Positions 26,616 to 41,125 of a stretch of DNA of 64,000 nucleotides are shown in pieces. Source of the stretch: Lepidodermella squamata (lineage: Eukaryota; Animalia; Gastrotricha); the NCBI GenBank assembly GCA_047495785.1, contig JBLDXI010000025.1, positions 2,356,001 through 2,420,000 on the forward strand. The letters run 5' to 3'. The notes beneath the pieces are model-generated. The model did not search any database, was not told the DNA's origin, and saw only the letters and a list, made by a program, of their open reading frames with translations. How positions within the stretch are numbered: position 1 is the first letter of the stretch; each line of letters begins with the position of its first letter. Position numbers and translations under genes: made by a program.

Positions 26616-27010
26616 AAAATGCAATAATTAACACGCTATTGAACAATTCCTCGGTCTGCTCTACCAGTGTAGCGATGATTTTTTGTTACTTCTATGTTTC
26701 TCAGTGTTACTTGACGCTCATTTTTCTATATTGTAGATGTTGCCCTAAACTGAAACAAACGCTTAGAAAAAATTACCTTCTGCCCATATTTTCTTTTTAC
26801 TGCGGTTTATCCATTTTTCTTCGCTATTATCTATCCTTTTACGCGCCAAGTTGAGAAACTAAACGTTTTTAGATCACAATATCATCGTATATATATGCTC
26901 ATTGTGCGGACGATTATAATTTTAAAGATAAAACAAATTTATTATGGTATGAAATTGCGATGAAAACAAAATAAAATGTTTTATTTGGTTACGAAAATCG
27001 CGTTTTTCTA

Positions 27011-29263
27011 TTACCAGAGTGAACACCGTAGTCCATTAGCCATTTTAGCCCTACCTGAACAATGAAATGCTCTGAGAAAATCATTGTTGCCATTCAGCCT
27101 AGCGTTGACTCGAACTTCAGGAGGCGAGTGAACATCGACCTCAAGTATGTAGGAAGCAGCCTGTGGAGTTCTGATGTAGCACGAAAGCTGGGCAAAAGAT
27201 AGGAAAAAGAGCTGCTCGGAGGTGAAATAGCTGATCTGATCGCTTTCCATTTCTGTTTTACTGTCATTTAAATGAAGCCGAAAGGCGTCAAGAGCTACTT
27301 TCAAGCCGCCATCATCTGCGAGATTTTCGGACAAGGTTTGCTCCCCATTGACAGATTTACCGTTGATGGCGTAAGAGCTGTATTTATCAATGTAACAGTT
27401 TGTTTTGTTGAGGAATTCAGATTTCGACTCTGAATCCCACCAGTCTCTCAAATTGCCGTTTTTGTCATACTGGCGGCCTCGAAAATCGAATCCATGAGTC
27501 ACCTGGAAATATGTTCCTTAAACTGATTGGGGAAATGTCGCCTCAATTACCTCATGGCCGATGATGCTTCCAATTCCAGCAAAATTAACTGCTTGGGGTA
27601 GTCCTGCATCGTCACGGTAGAATGGCTTCCGTAAAATCGCGGCTGGTAACATGACAGCGTTGTAAGATGGGTCATAATACGCGTTTACTTCCAAAGAGTT
27701 GAAGGTTATCAAGGTGGGGTCTGAGATCCTCCTCAAATTCTAGAAGTAAAGTCGTTGAAAGGTTAAGGTTAGGTTAGTCCGTCAGGTTTATAGCCTTACT
27801 GTATAACTCTGCTGCCTTCTCCATCGCTGAATGTATATGGTGTTTTGTACGTAGCTATCTCCAATATTTATCAGACGAAATTTAGCTTCCATTGCAGTTA
27901 AATTTAGAATCCTGCTATCGTAACCCACTTTCGTGGACATCGCATCCAATTTTTCGATAGCAAGCCTTCTAACTTCATCATCCATCCATGTTGCTCGTTG
28001 CAGCCTCGCTCGAAAAGCTGATCTTATCTTGGCGATCATTTCCGCGGTCCTGTTTTTCGTCTTAGCATCGAAATGCCTTTGGATGAACATGTAACTGAGG
28101 GGCTCATTCATATTCTCGGCAGTATCGCTAACGCAGGTCTTCCACCTTTCAGGCAAACCCTGTCGACCGACTAAAGCTTCGTTCAACTTATCGGCCACAG
28201 CTTTGACTACGCCACCAAGAGCAGGCGCTTGCTCAGATATAGTTCGATAAACCAAATAATTTTGCAGAATTTTTCGACCCTTTGTTGAGTTTACATACTC
28301 GCTAACTAAGGTGCTGAGTTTAACGAAGTAAGATAAACCATACATTACGATTTTATCACCCTCACCCACTGAGACTCCTGCAGGTCTAAGAACGTCGTTC
28401 AAGAATTCGGTCCAATTCAAATAATTGAACCTATTTTGTAAGAAGGAGACATTGGCTTTGAAGTAAGTTGAGCTTCTATCATTTGACTGAGCTAAAGTTA
28501 TCATGGCCTCTGCCCTTTTCTTTTCAAATTCTACAACGTCTATAATGCTCGAATTTTCTGATGGAACTTTATTTTGCAGAGCTAGTTTGCTGAAAGAGTA
28601 CAACTCATCGACTAAAGAAATGAGATTCGGACTTGTTGAGACTGATCTGTTGAAGTAAAGATTTCGAGCATTATTCCCTAACAACAGAGATCCCTGTTGC
28701 AGGAGGACAACGTAATTTGATACGTTCTTGATATCCCTAGAAACTGACAGGGAAAAAAGCCCACCGGAGCCGAAATTATGGCGCTTGATCAACGCAGAAG
28801 TTAGCGACCAATTTGAGGGTAATTCATCAGTGGAATTCAGGAATATTCCGCCGCCCAGATCTACCAATTTTCTCAGTGAAGCTAAGCTCGAGTTAGATAT
28901 TTTAGATTCAGCTAAGCAAGACGCGTAGTAACGGCGAGTCTTCTGGAGGACCGAATCATTTTTTGAGGTAGAATTTCTGTCCTCTAAGAGTTGTTTCAGC
29001 AAATTTGTTACTTCCTCATTCGCGAGCGTTAATTGGCTTACACTCGTACGACCGGTAGGTAGAACGCTATTTCTGACGAACCCACCGCATGCATAGCTGT
29101 AAAAATCTTCGCATGGATCGATTGAAATATCTGTTTTGTTTACCACATCTTGGAGAAGTCGATTGCAAGCCTCTGATGAGCAAGTTTTCCCAGCTGCAAA
29201 TCTATTCCCAAGATGAAGTAGCAAAACGGAGAAAAATTGAATGAAAAAGTCAGAGCTAAGCAT
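27011..29263 (-). CDS. M13 metallopeptidase (neprilysin/ECE family); exons 29263-27800, 27739-27551, 27502-27011
   Basis: DPCEDFYSYACG, VNAYY, HE|VTH zinc motif completed across intron 27503-27550, ENLADDGG, HSP..VR, terminal CSLW. Confidence 0.92.
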
Positions 29264-29336
29264 TATCAGACGAACATGTTGAAGTTAGTGTTAAGAGTTC
29301 ATGCAGTACTGGAACAATTGGGTTTTGGCGCTACTA

Positions 29337-31076
29337 CAGTGCTCCCTCGATAAAAGCACTGGGTCGGGAGCCAGACCCGGTCTTTAAACAAGGGAAAGCT
29401 ATAACGAGGGCTGTAATTGAATGCAGGAGCTAAAAATAGACCGTTTCTACGCCTTAAGACAGTTGCCATGCCAACGCGCAGAAAGAGACGGACACGGATT
29501 ACGTGTCATTACAAATTTCGCTCGCTAAAGGCTATTAAATAATGACACTATGAATCATTAGTTCTTCGCCAAGTTTTTATTCTTATTTGCCAGGGCGGCT
29601 TTGATTTAACTGGTTGGCCTTGTTTTTTTACTCTGATTTTAAGTCCTGCCTGGGGTTAACGAATAAAAAAAACCTGGAATCTCATTATTTCAATTTACTT
29701 CAAAAATGCCCAGCTCGTCCGATTTCGCAAACAAATTTCATTTGAAATCACAGCTCATTTGACAAAATCAATCACCTTGGTCAAGATTGACCAGAATACT
29801 TCTGAATCACCAGCAAATTCAGCCAAACATGCTCAAGATAATGCTGTGTTCAATTCATAACTCATGCTTAATTCGTAGAATTATTTAAAAAACAATCTGA
29901 AATTTGAAACAATTAGGATGAAAAATGTATTTTCGACAATTTTTCCGCGGTTAACCTGACTTTTTCTTTTTTAAATTCATCGAATTAATGGCATTGAGCA
30001 ATCACGGACCGATTTCAAGGCATAAGACGTGTGGTTCCGTCAAGAGGGCGTTTAGATTGAATGGAATACATTTGCATCTTCTCAGGCGTGATCTCATTTT
30101 CATTCGACTGGCCTATTAAGATCCGAGCAAGGTAAAAATCGGGCAGAAGCTCCCGCCGCCCCTCCTCGGGATGTTGCGATTTTCAAAGTCAAAATCGAAT
30201 GATTAAAAGTTGTAAAAAAACCCGTAAAATTGCCAAGGCGTTGAGCAATGAAATCGTAGAGTAGTGGCAGCCAGTTAGATCAGGCCTATCGACTATCGAA
30301 AATCGGCTAATAATCCAATAACTTAAGACAACTGGAACGAATGAAAACGATCTAATTTTATGAGAATAAATCCATGTATCGAAATTAAAATAAATCGTAA
30401 AACCAGGACGCGATTCTTCATGATTACGCAACACAGCCGGGAACAAAATTGGGGAAACAGTTTCCTTAAAAAAATCACGAATTAAATCCTAATTTGATCA
30501 TGCTAATAATGCTTGTAAATTGCAAGAGATTTTCTGGCCGGGAAAATGCTAAAACTTGAAAAATCAGGGCAATTCAGATGAGTCTTTTAGTTGATCAGCA
30601 ATTGGCCTGAGGGAAAATCAGCAAATCAAGGAGAGTTAAGATTGACGGGCATTTTTATAGTTATTGAAATAAATTGCTGATTTTGTCTGATTAATTGGCG
30701 TAATTTCTGATAGAAAAGTTTAACAAAAAAGCAGGAAGACTCGCAGCGCGACTTGAGTGGCAGCTAATCCCCACACTCTGTTGCATAATCACAGCCATTT
30801 CAAAGCCACAAGAACAGCTTAATGCACTGATGATCTTTCAACTCTTTTGAACTGAACTTGAAATAACTGGATCTCCCAAAACCACGACAACGCGCCGCTA
30901 GGTTTCCAGGAACGCTTTATTATTTTAATTTTTCACGCTTAATTTTTTTAATCTATCAAAAAATTATTATTTGTTTAAATAAAAATTTACAACTAATTTA
31001 TTTAGCAGGGTCCAAAATTACGGTCTACAAACGAGGGAGTTCTTTTAAGGAGGGTGCCACTAACGAGGGAGCACTG
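29337..31076. mobile_element. Non-autonomous Tc1/mariner-pogo-type DNA transposon (1740 bp) with TA duplication
   Basis: TA|CAGTGCTCCCTCG ... CGAGGGAGCACTG|TA: 13-bp perfect TIR, extending imperfectly to about 23 bp. Subterminal ACGAGGG-like motifs at both ends. No transposase ORF seen. Confidence 0.8.
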
Positions 31077-31657
31077 TATTATTTTATATCACACCTAACA
31101 CATTTTTTTCATCTTCTTGTTAAGCTTCTCTTTCTCAATGAAAGAAAACGAGCGTTTCAGTCACTAAATTAATCAGAGCGCTTTATTACTAGAGTTTGCG
31201 AATTAATTACTTTCTTACAAAGCTGGTTAATCTCAGCAAATTACGATCTAGATTTTTCGGAGTAAACAAAAGACAGCTACATTATTTTCCTTAACATCCT
31301 CACCCTCATGCAGCCCATTATGATAAACCGTTTTGTAGCTTAATTTGCCTCTCATTTGCTTGTTATTGAGATTTGATGCGCATCTATGAGATAAAACGCG
31401 GTTTAATGAAGAGTCGTAAAAGCATAGTATTATTGATGTGTTTGCGTCAATTAGCCGCGGATTCTAATTGTTTTTACATGTATATAATAATTCATGAGCT
31501 GAGGAGCGTCATTTTTCATCGCCTTACATGCTTGTTTATATATACTTCATCGGGAACCGGTAGTCACCAACTCACAAGTCGGTACAAAAATGTCAACTGA
31601 CATTTGAAACTGAACCATACCCGTTGGTGCTAAAAGATTTGACATTCTAAGCAAACA

Positions 31658-33769
31658 ATGAAGCTTAATTGCTCCATACTTCTATTCCTATTACTCGTGG
31701 GCCATTCAATGGCTCTCTCTGAGAAAAATAAGGAGATTTACGGGTTGGAAAAACCTCTTATCACTCAATCTCAGTCGCAAGAGTTCCCGTGGCTCGTGAG
31801 TTGATATTAGATCCCTAACCTCTATTGAAGCTAATAACATTTTATAGGCACGACTGACTTTCAATTTGAAAGAGCGCCAAGTACCGGAATATTGCGCTGG
31901 AACGCTGATTTCTGAAAATTGGCTGCTCACCTCGGCTCAATGCATCACTCGTGCTCAACTACTTGATGCCATCAAGTAAGACTGTAGAAATCATTCTATT
32001 ACTTTAAATGAAAACCGTTTCTCGTCAGCTATACAGTTCAGTTTGGCAGCATTATCGAGCAAAGCTCTAGAACGTATACCTTTAACCTGTCAAACATATT
32101 TATCCACCCTAACTTTAAATCTGGCGGCGATTTGGGCTACGACTTCACTATAATAAAGCTACCTCAGCCCGTAGAGCTGAAAAACGATGTTAACCCCGCG
32201 GAACTTCCTAGTCGAGGTTTATGCACTAATAACGCAGACTTCGAACCCTTTTCATCGGGCTATGACAACTGTCTCAGCTCGGTGACTGCTGGATGGTCGA
32301 TCGACGACATCAGCCCTCCTATTCCTATCATGAAAATGGCTCAAAGCCTTCTTGAGTTCGAAAAATGCTCCGAAGAGGGCGAAACCAGCAGCGAAAATCG
32401 GTTTTCTCCCTCGAAGTTATGCGCTGGGGCAAATAACGAAGACATCGACGATCAATGCTTGCAACTTCCTGCTAATCCTATGGTTTGTACTACAACCCCA
32501 ACTGGGGAAGAATCCGGCAAGATTTTGATCGGAATTTACTCATATGGCGAATGTGGAAAACGAAGCTCTCAGCAAACTTTGAGTGTCTTTGCAAGAATCT
32601 GCGGTGTATTGGACTGGATCGAGAGTCTCATCTCAGCCCCAGAGCCGAAATCAATCCCTGAGAACCACAAATGTGACGAATCAATCGATGACACTCCTGC
32701 TCCACCTTACTGCAAGGAAGCAACTATTCGCTACGTTTTCAGCAAGTCGCTTGGAGGCTGTATTCAACTCATCAGCTGTTCCGAAGGGCACGAGAAAGGT
32801 TTCGAGAATGAGGAACAGTGCAAGAAAACGTGCACAGGACAATCCTCTAAAGAAATCATTCCGGTTTTCAACGACGAGTCAACTGAATTGAAACCTTCCA
32901 CTGATCCTGTGAATCGGTGTTTTGCCGAGCTGAAGAGGGACAGCGATTACGGAAGTTGCGAGCAAGCCTATCGATTCTACTTCAGCCAGATAAACAGCCG
33001 ATGCATCCGCTACCCAGGGTGTGTGAATAATGATTTGGCTGCCAATAATTTTGGGACGGAGGAAGAATGCATGTCGGCCTGTCAGTTGATCTACAAAATT
33101 GACCCTCTAACCAACGACCCTCCACCATCTGTCACGGAAATTGGAGCCGCGGTTATTCCTCAAAACCCAGAGCAAAGAAGCAGGGCTCTAGTCCGACAAC
33201 TCCTCCCGCCATATCGAACACTGTTCTCCCCTCCGAAAAACAATCCAAGTAAACTCTGACATTTTCCTGAACAATCTTGCCCAATTTTCTGTTTCTTAGG
33301 ATGCCATCTCCCGTTGGTCAATGGTGTTGATTTCGGCGAATGTCCCAAACCGACAAGCAGTTGGCGGTTCTACTGGAACAGATCGTTAGGACGATGCTTG
33401 GGCTTTCATGGTTGTTCCAATGTTCCTCGAAATAACTGGGACTCTGAAGGTGAATGTCTCAAAAATTGTCGTGACTCAGACTTGGTAGTGTCTCTCGATG
33501 ATGCGGAACCTGTTTTAGTCAGCATTCGAGGTCCTGCTAGATGCTCAATGCAGCTAATCAATGGTTTGGATTTCGGCGGCTGTGGAAAGGAGACGCGGTA
33601 TCTCTACAGCATATCTCTTCAGGCGTGTATAAAATTCAGAGGCTGCGTTAACCCGGATGGCGGTAACAACTTTGCTTCGAGACGTGAATGCGAGTACGTC
33701 TGCGAAGTCGCAAGATCACGCAAAAAAGGCATCCAAGTCAAATCAATAATCAAAAACTTTTTGAGATAA
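31658..33769 (+). CDS. Secreted serine-protease homologue (His to Gln, Ser lost) with four Kunitz-like domains
   Basis: Signal peptide MKLNCSILLFLLLVGHSMA; EFPWL|, CAGTLIS, TSAQC, YDFTII; the nucleophile region reads CLQLPANP. Three of the four Kunitz-like domains carry DYGSC, DFGEC or DFGGC. Confidence 0.8.
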
Positions 33770-34490
33770 TAATACGATATAAATGTAGAACTAAGTAATA
33801 ATAAACAGTCTATTGTGACGCAGACATGCTTTAATGACATCAATATTTACCTGAATTAACACATTTTGAATTATTCGGTGACGATGTGGTGTCTAAATAT
33901 TCGACATTCAGAAGTTGCGGACGGGTAGGAGTTCCGGGCATTAAACTAAAAATATCTTGCGCGTGCTTGAACAAATTTTATATATGTAGCTCATCGTAGT
34001 TAGAGTTGAAATAATGCAAAAATAGAAAGTGTAACTCGGACAGGTCGGGTAGTTAAACAGGTTTGAAAATATGAAGATTCACGAGGTGCTAATCAAAACT
34101 GAGATATGTGATACGGGATACGAATTGGACCGGCAAAAATCCTTACTTACAGCTAATTTTTTCTCCGATTTAATTTCTGTGTTAACATGGAAACGCCCTG
34201 GTTTCAAGTTTCAAAACACCTGAAACCATCCTACATCAAGCCGAGCATTTTAGGGCATCATTCTGGTCTGTTTTTGAACGCAAATAAAGCATCATCGCGA
34301 CCAGCATTAACCAATTTATGCGGAATTTTCAATTGTCAGTGGGAATGTAAGCTGATGAGATTTATGTAGGACGAACCAATACCGAATTCAAATCTAGGCA
34401 TTTCTCGGAAAGAACAAGCACCACGAAAAGAGACTTTTGAAAAAAAATGCAGATATTGTTTAGAACTTCGTAGACCAAAGAATTTGACCC

Positions 34491-35930
34491 TTAAGGGCTC
34501 CAGGGCTGGGATCTGACTGGAAATAACGACACTTTTTTCAGCATATTTCTTCGAACGCAATCAAAAATTGGTTCGGGCCGACAGGCTACGGCTGTAAGGC
34601 TCTTTCTGAGTTCGCTGTGAGCCCAATTCAGCAAATTCATGCTTTTTCCGAAGTGATGCCGATGATCGTCGAAACAGCGATTGCTGGTTTTCGAGCAGAA
34701 CAGATGGAACGCTGTTTGTAACGCTAACCTGGCTCGAGATAGCCGCGGATTGCTGTTTCCAGTTGCCGCCGTGTCTAATAAGATATATATTTGCTACTTT
34801 TGCCAGTGAGTCTCAATGCTTACCCAAAAGAATGAGATTGATAAATAGGGCACTCTCAACAAAACTAGGTCGCCAGCTTAGCATTTCTTCGTTCAACCTT
34901 TCCATTGAATCAACGGCAGTCTGGAAAGTTACGCTAATAATATGTTCAATTTTTACTAGAATCTTGTTCATTTTTACCGCCATCTCTGGGAAATGATGGA
35001 TCATCTGCGGTATTATTGCGGGATTGACAAACAAAGAGCACTGAGTTGCGGGCAGAGCTGAATAGGCGACCGAAGCCTGTGCCCAGCCACTAGACATGAT
35101 TTGTTCGAAATCCTTCTCAGACAGATTGTAGGTGTCTAAGACAAAGCTTGGGAGAGCCAAATGTTACGCTGAAACCTTACCTTTCATGAAGGTAACATAA
35201 CCTCGACCGACTCTGTAGAGCTCAGCAATATGATCAGTGGTGAACGATTGGGCCAAATCAGCTGAATTCTCGAATCCCACTGTTCGCTTCCTGAGGCTCA
35301 ACTACGAACGAAGAAAGAAATTTATGATAAAAATGGGAAGCAATCAAACAACAAACCAGTTGTAGATCGTGCAGAAGTGTGAAGCCATGGATCGAGCCGT
35401 GAATAGCCTTTTCAATTAGTTCGCCATCGAATAAAGTTAGAGGGTTAGAGGGAATCACACGCTCAACTTCAGCAGTCGAAGAAACGCTGCCAGTAGATTG
35501 CTTTCTCTCAATTGACGGAGAGCAATTCCTGAGCCGAGAACTTCCTGCTGCAAATTTTTAGCTAGATTATGAAAACAAAAGTGGAAATTCTAACGTCGCA
35601 TTCCATTGTTGATGCACTTTTCGATTCGGCATCGAGGGCAACATTCGCCGCTATCTTCCCGGCTTCGGTTCACTTCACACTTGTTGCTCCCGCCAAAGCA
35701 CACAAGCTGCGACCGTCGATGGTAATTCCGTGTGAAAAATTTCTTGAAAACGAATTGGATATGTCCGGCTGTTTTTATTAAGAAACACTCACTTGACATG
35801 CCTGGCATACTCGAGGGTGGTAAAGTTTGCGTTGAGGAACCGATACCACGCAAACCTGGTTCGGAAACTTATAATTACGGGAATAGCCTGTGAATCGGGA
35901 ACTCACTTTGCATGAAATCATCCGATGCAT
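34491..35930 (-). CDS. Divergent nuclear-receptor-like gene A (multi-exon)
   Basis: Spliced DBD: SCK|VC...RVCQACQ|KFFTR...VC...KC...CPRCRIEKCINNGM, followed by a helical LBD-sized region. Confidence 0.7.
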
Positions 35931-36229
35931 TTTTAGGTCAGTACGCGCTTGCATTTTTAGTGTGTCGGGGCTTTGAAAGATTGAAAGTGAGCTAATGTGC
36001 CCCCTTACGCGTGCAAATACAAGGGAAAGAGATTTTTGTAATTCTACGTCATTCATCGTATAAAAACTCGGACCCTATCAACTTCCATCAACATCGTCGG
36101 CTTTTAAGTACGACACAATTTATAAAATGGGTCACCTGCATTTTATGACTGTCTCCTAGGATGGGATATCTAATCAATGCTTAAGACATTGCTCACGTTC
36201 CTTGTATCGGAAAGTTAATAATAAAAGCG

Positions 36230-37655
36230 TTATTGAATGTTGAAATATTCAGTAACAATTGGGATTTGTTCCGGTTCATAAAACATGAATGCTCTGGCAG
36301 CTGTTTGCTGAGCCGCAGTTTGTAGCGCAGCAGCAGTGTCCTCCCCCAACTGAATCGTCGCCGAGGCGGCTTTTTCGAAGTCCTCCGAGCATTTAATCGC
36401 CGCTTTTCTAGAGAAAAGCAACTTCAGAGCTAGATGAAGAGTGCTTCGAATGTTTTGAATCCCTGTAATTCGTGATTGATCGCAGTCTGTTCAGGGTAAT
36501 GATAAACGAGCTCAAGTAGCTAGGCTAAATAAGTTGAAGCAGCAAACCTCTCAAGAAGACCAATGAAAGTAACAAGGCTGCCTCAGCAAATGATGGTTTC
36601 CATTTCTCAATATGACGGGTCAATCTTAATCCTGCTTGTACTGACATCTGAAATGAAACCGCGAGATTTAAGGCTGGACATAAGAAAAAATTTAATTACA
36701 TTATGCTCTGGAAATACTGACAACAATTTTGGCATCATCGACGGATCCATAAAGAAGCCATCGGTCGAAACACCCAGGAGAGGCAGCGCAATCATCGCCA
36801 TAACAGAGAAGTTCTTGGCGATTAACTTTTTCGACAAGTCCAGCGGAATGCCGAACAGAGCTGCAGGAGGTAAAGAAATGCAGTATGGCGCATGGTATTA
36901 AAAGGTTCTCACGAGCTATTGAATAAGCAATTTTGCGACTGATCTTTGCCAATTCACAAGCCTGACGCACCGACAAATCAATAATGGTTCTCACGTCAAG
37001 ATCAGCTCGCCGTGAGGTCAACATCGGTAACTGTTTGCGAGGAGATATTCGGAAGCGAAAAAATAGACAGAAAACTTACGGAGCTCAAGTCGTGAAGTTG
37101 CAAAATTCCTTGTATTGAGGCAGCAATTGCCTTTTCAATTTTCTGCCCGTCGAAAAGTGGCGGATCTACAGCGAGAGGCAAGTTCTCCTCAGAGCGGATG
37201 GGATGCTTTTTTGCAAGCGATCTCTGGTTTGATTTCAGGGCTAAAACTAGGGTGGAAAATCGAAACCTGAGCCACCAAAATAATCGTCAAATCACTTTTC
37301 TCTCTGCTCTGCATTCCGACTGCGAAGCATTTATCGATGCGGCATTTAGGGCATGCTTGACGAGTGTTTCCAATGATTTTGCAATCGAATCCTCCCTTGA
37401 TGCAGCACAATTCCATGTTAGCAGCATACCTGGCAAAGAACTTCTGCAGAAAAGTCAAATTTGTCAAGGTATTACAAATAGTATTGAGTGATTTCTCACT
37501 TGACAGGCTGCACATATCCTTGGATGGTACAGCTTCCTACGAGGAACAACTGAGGAGCAGACCTAATGGGGAATTAAAATTGAGATGCTTATCAGAGAAA
37601 CTCACTTTCCTACCTTGCAATAAACGATTTGTTTAGTTCTCTCGAATTCCGCCAT
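36230..37655 (-). CDS. Divergent nuclear-receptor-like gene B (multi-exon)
   Basis: MAEFERTKQIVYCK|VCSSVVPRRKLYHPRICAACQ|KFFAR...CIKGGFDC...RQACPKCRIDKCFAVGM. C-terminus EYFNIQ. Confidence 0.75.
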
Positions 37656-37996
37656 TCCAAAGCTGCTGAAGTTCAGTTGGTTCTTCAAGATTAAATACCT
37701 ATGCTGAGCTGAAGATGGGCTTCAATGCGAAACAAAACTTTAGTTTTTAGTGAGCCAACGAGTAACGCACTTCTCCCCTGACGCGTAATAAATCGATAAA
37801 TCGACCGGCTGTTGAGATGTTGCGCTAAAACATTCTTTTATCATGTTTTTCGACGAGTCTGTCTGTTTCCATACTCAACACCTATTAGTATCCGGGACAT
37901 GACACGATTTATGCTATGATTTACTACTTTATTGAATAATTTAAAAGTAAATTCAGGAAATTTAAAAGTAACCATGTCCGGTTAATGAGACAAGTG

Positions 37997-39412
37997 CTAA
38001 TGTATATTGAAAAATTCAGAAACAGTTGCACATTGTTCAGGTTTGTAGTACATAAATGCCCTGGGAGCTGTCAGCCGGACTCCGTGACGTAGCGCTGCAA
38101 CAGCCTGCTCCGCCAACCTGATAGTAGCGGAGGCGGTAATTTCTTGGTAATCAGACCCTTGAATCGCGGCGTTTCTAGAGCAAAGCAGCTTGAGAGCAAG
38201 ATGTAGAGTGCTCTTGAAGTTTTGAATCTCGTTACATCCCGATTGTTCGCAGCCTGTTGCAAATTACTACCAAGTTGAAGTATGTAGTAGTATAGAAAAT
38301 TGAAGTAATCAACCTCTCAAGAAGGCCAATGAAAGTAACAAAGCTGCCTCTGTAAATGAGGGTTTCCATTTCTCAATATGATCGCCCAATCTCAGCCCAG
38401 CTTCCACTGTCCTCTGCATTGAAATTTTACGCCAAGAAATAACGCTAATCATTTTTACATACCTTATGTTCAGGAAATATCGATAGAAAAGTGGGCAAAA
38501 GAGCCGAATCCATGTAGAAACTATTGCTTGAAACACCAAGCAAAGGTAACGCCATGGCAGCCATGACTTTGAAGTTCTTGGCGGTTATAATTTTCGATAT
38601 TTTTAGCGGGATGCCATACACAGCTGCGTGGTAACTTAACATTTCCAGGTTCATAAATATATTGAAAACGGCACATACGAGCAATCGAGTTGGCAAATTT
38701 AAGACTGAGTTTTGCACTTTCACAAATTTGATGCGCAGTTAACTCGACAAGAGTTTTTACATCTAAATCAGCTCGTTGGGATGTAAACATCGGTAACTGA
38801 TCACGAGAAGATGTTCAGGTTTGAGATAGCTTCGGGCAATGAACTTACTGAGCTCAAATCATGAAGCAGTAACATGCCATGAATTGAGGTAACTATCGCT
38901 TTTTCAACTTTCGACCCGTCATAGAGAGGCGGGTCCACAACCAGAGGAAAGTTAGGTTCACATTCTGAAGTTGTGCTGTTTCTCGGCCTGATTGCAGTAG
39001 CAAATCCTTAAGCGGCAAACGTGTATTGACTCATTCAATCAAAATTATTGCTCAATCACTTTTCTTGCTCATCATTCCGACTGCAAAACATTTATCAAGG
39101 CGGCATTTGGGGCAGACTCGATAAGTATTTCCAGTAATGTCGCAGTTGGATTCTCCTTCGATGCAGCGTAATTCCTTGTTCGTAGAATGCCTTGCAAAGA
39201 ACTTCTACACAGAAGTAGATAATTTCTTAATTTTTGGCAGAAAAGAGCAGGGCTAAATTCATTTCCTTACTTGGCAAGCGAAACATATCTTTGGTTGAAT
39301 GAGCTTCCTACCAGTTACTACCGCTGAGCAGACCTAAAAATTGAAAAGTGGAACGCTGGTTAAAGATAAACATATTCTTATAACTCACCTTGCAAAAGAC
39401 TATTCTATTCAT
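37997..39412 (-). CDS. Divergent nuclear-receptor-like gene C (multi-exon)
   Basis: MNRIVFCK|VC...KICFACQ|KFFAR...CPKCRLDKCFAVGM, with downstream exons paralogous to B and D. Not every exon was checked for intactness. Confidence 0.7.
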
Positions 39413-40220
39413 TTATCCCAATTTGCCATGTTGAATTCGATTGACTTGCAAAACCCAGGTAAGGTGTATTCTCTGCCCTTTGGAGCTACCGCTCTTTATT
39501 ATAATTTTCTCACTACCTAGTAAAATAATTCAGCGCGATGCAACTCTATTTTGGTATCGATTGAAATTATTTTCCTCTATGAAACCTGAAGGAATAACGT
39601 AAAGGAGAAGAAACCTACGACCAATGCGACATTACCATCTCCACGCTAAAATTATTCACTAGAGTAAAAATCATCCACGTTAATGCGATCGTTGGTCTAG
39701 TTAAGTTTTATGAAACAAACCCGAACAAACACGAATAAGTGTACTATAACGGATTGTACTAATTCAAAATGAAAAATTCTTTGAAAATGAATGTCAACTT
39801 TTCAATCGATCGGAATGAAATCCATTCTCTCGGCAACACGAAAACAGCAATTAATGTGGGGACATGTTCTAGATTAGTTTTCTGCGGGGTGAGATTTTCG
39901 TCATGAAATGTCACTCGCAAACATAAGACAATAAGCTCACAAGCTATCTTATTAGGGAAGCGATAATGGATTATCGGAATATGCTATATGCTCGTTCGCA
40001 ATCGCAGACAATGAAGGTTAATGACCCTGCGAATGATATCGCAATTAGATCTCATAATGTCTACGCTCTACGCTCTACGTCACTTGCCCATTCCGCTAAC
40101 CTGGCGGAGGGCACGGTGCATTTAGGGTACCAGTACCAATTGGCAAATGATAAATGAAAATGATAAAAATGGCAAATGTACATGCTATATCGAAAATGCG
40201 AAATGTTTAGAATCATGGAA

Positions 40221-40455
40221 GCAAATTGAATAATGTTCGACGATTTTGACGTAGAAGTTCGGAATTTGAGGACTCTTTTGCTACACCCTACGCATAAAAA
40301 ACCATTAAAAATTGATTAAATCGTTAGGGGTTTGCAAATTGAGTAATATTCGATACCTTTGACCTTTGACGTAGATTTTCGGAATTTGAGGCATCTTTTG
40401 CTACACCCTACACCAAAAAACCATAAAAATTAAACAAATCGGTGGGGGTTTGTAG
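40221..40455. repeat. Two-copy imperfect tandem repeat (about 115-120 bp)
   Basis: TTTGACGTAGA..TTCGGAATTTGAGG..TCTTTTGCTACACCCTAC occurs at about 40245 and about 40365. Confidence 0.7.
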
Positions 40456-41125
40456 CCTGGTAAGAATTCTAGGGTCGCCAAAGGTCAGGCGTTGAGCTTC
40501 CCCGTTTCAGAAGTTTGACATTGAGATTGATGAAAATCCGGCCAGGAAGTCAGTAAGTTGACCCGAAAACTTTCAACTTTGTCTGCCGAAATCATCGTCC
40601 CAGAAACTTCTGCTGTTGAAGCTAACATTTTTATTTACCCGTTCGAACACCAACAAACGTTAGCCAGTCATTCTTATATGCAGAGCAAAAAAAAGACGCT
40701 GGTCTCTATGGTCACAGGTGAGGATTCTTGTAACCGGCGGTCACTTGGCTAGCACGCGCCCGTCGCTGCACCCGTGCCAGGGGACCACCTGTCGCATCCC
40801 GCCAACCCTGGGTCGTGTGCCCTTATTGTATATAAACTGGCCCTACGTGGCCCTGAAGGATAGTTATCTAGTCGCTATGAATGAAGTTGCATTTCGGCAG
40901 TACATCAGTCTTGTTGGTAGAGCGGGGACCTCGCAATTCTTACTATTTTACTACTAATGCTGAGATGAAAAATAATTCTCACAACGCCTATTCATCACCT
41001 TTCTCTGTTGGACTTTTTTCAACTGAGAAACTTTCAGCACCGAGATACTGGCCTTTGGGCATTTTTTCGCCTTACTTGCTAAATCACCTTCGATTACAAA
41101 AAAAGAAGTTTGTAAGGTTTGAGCG

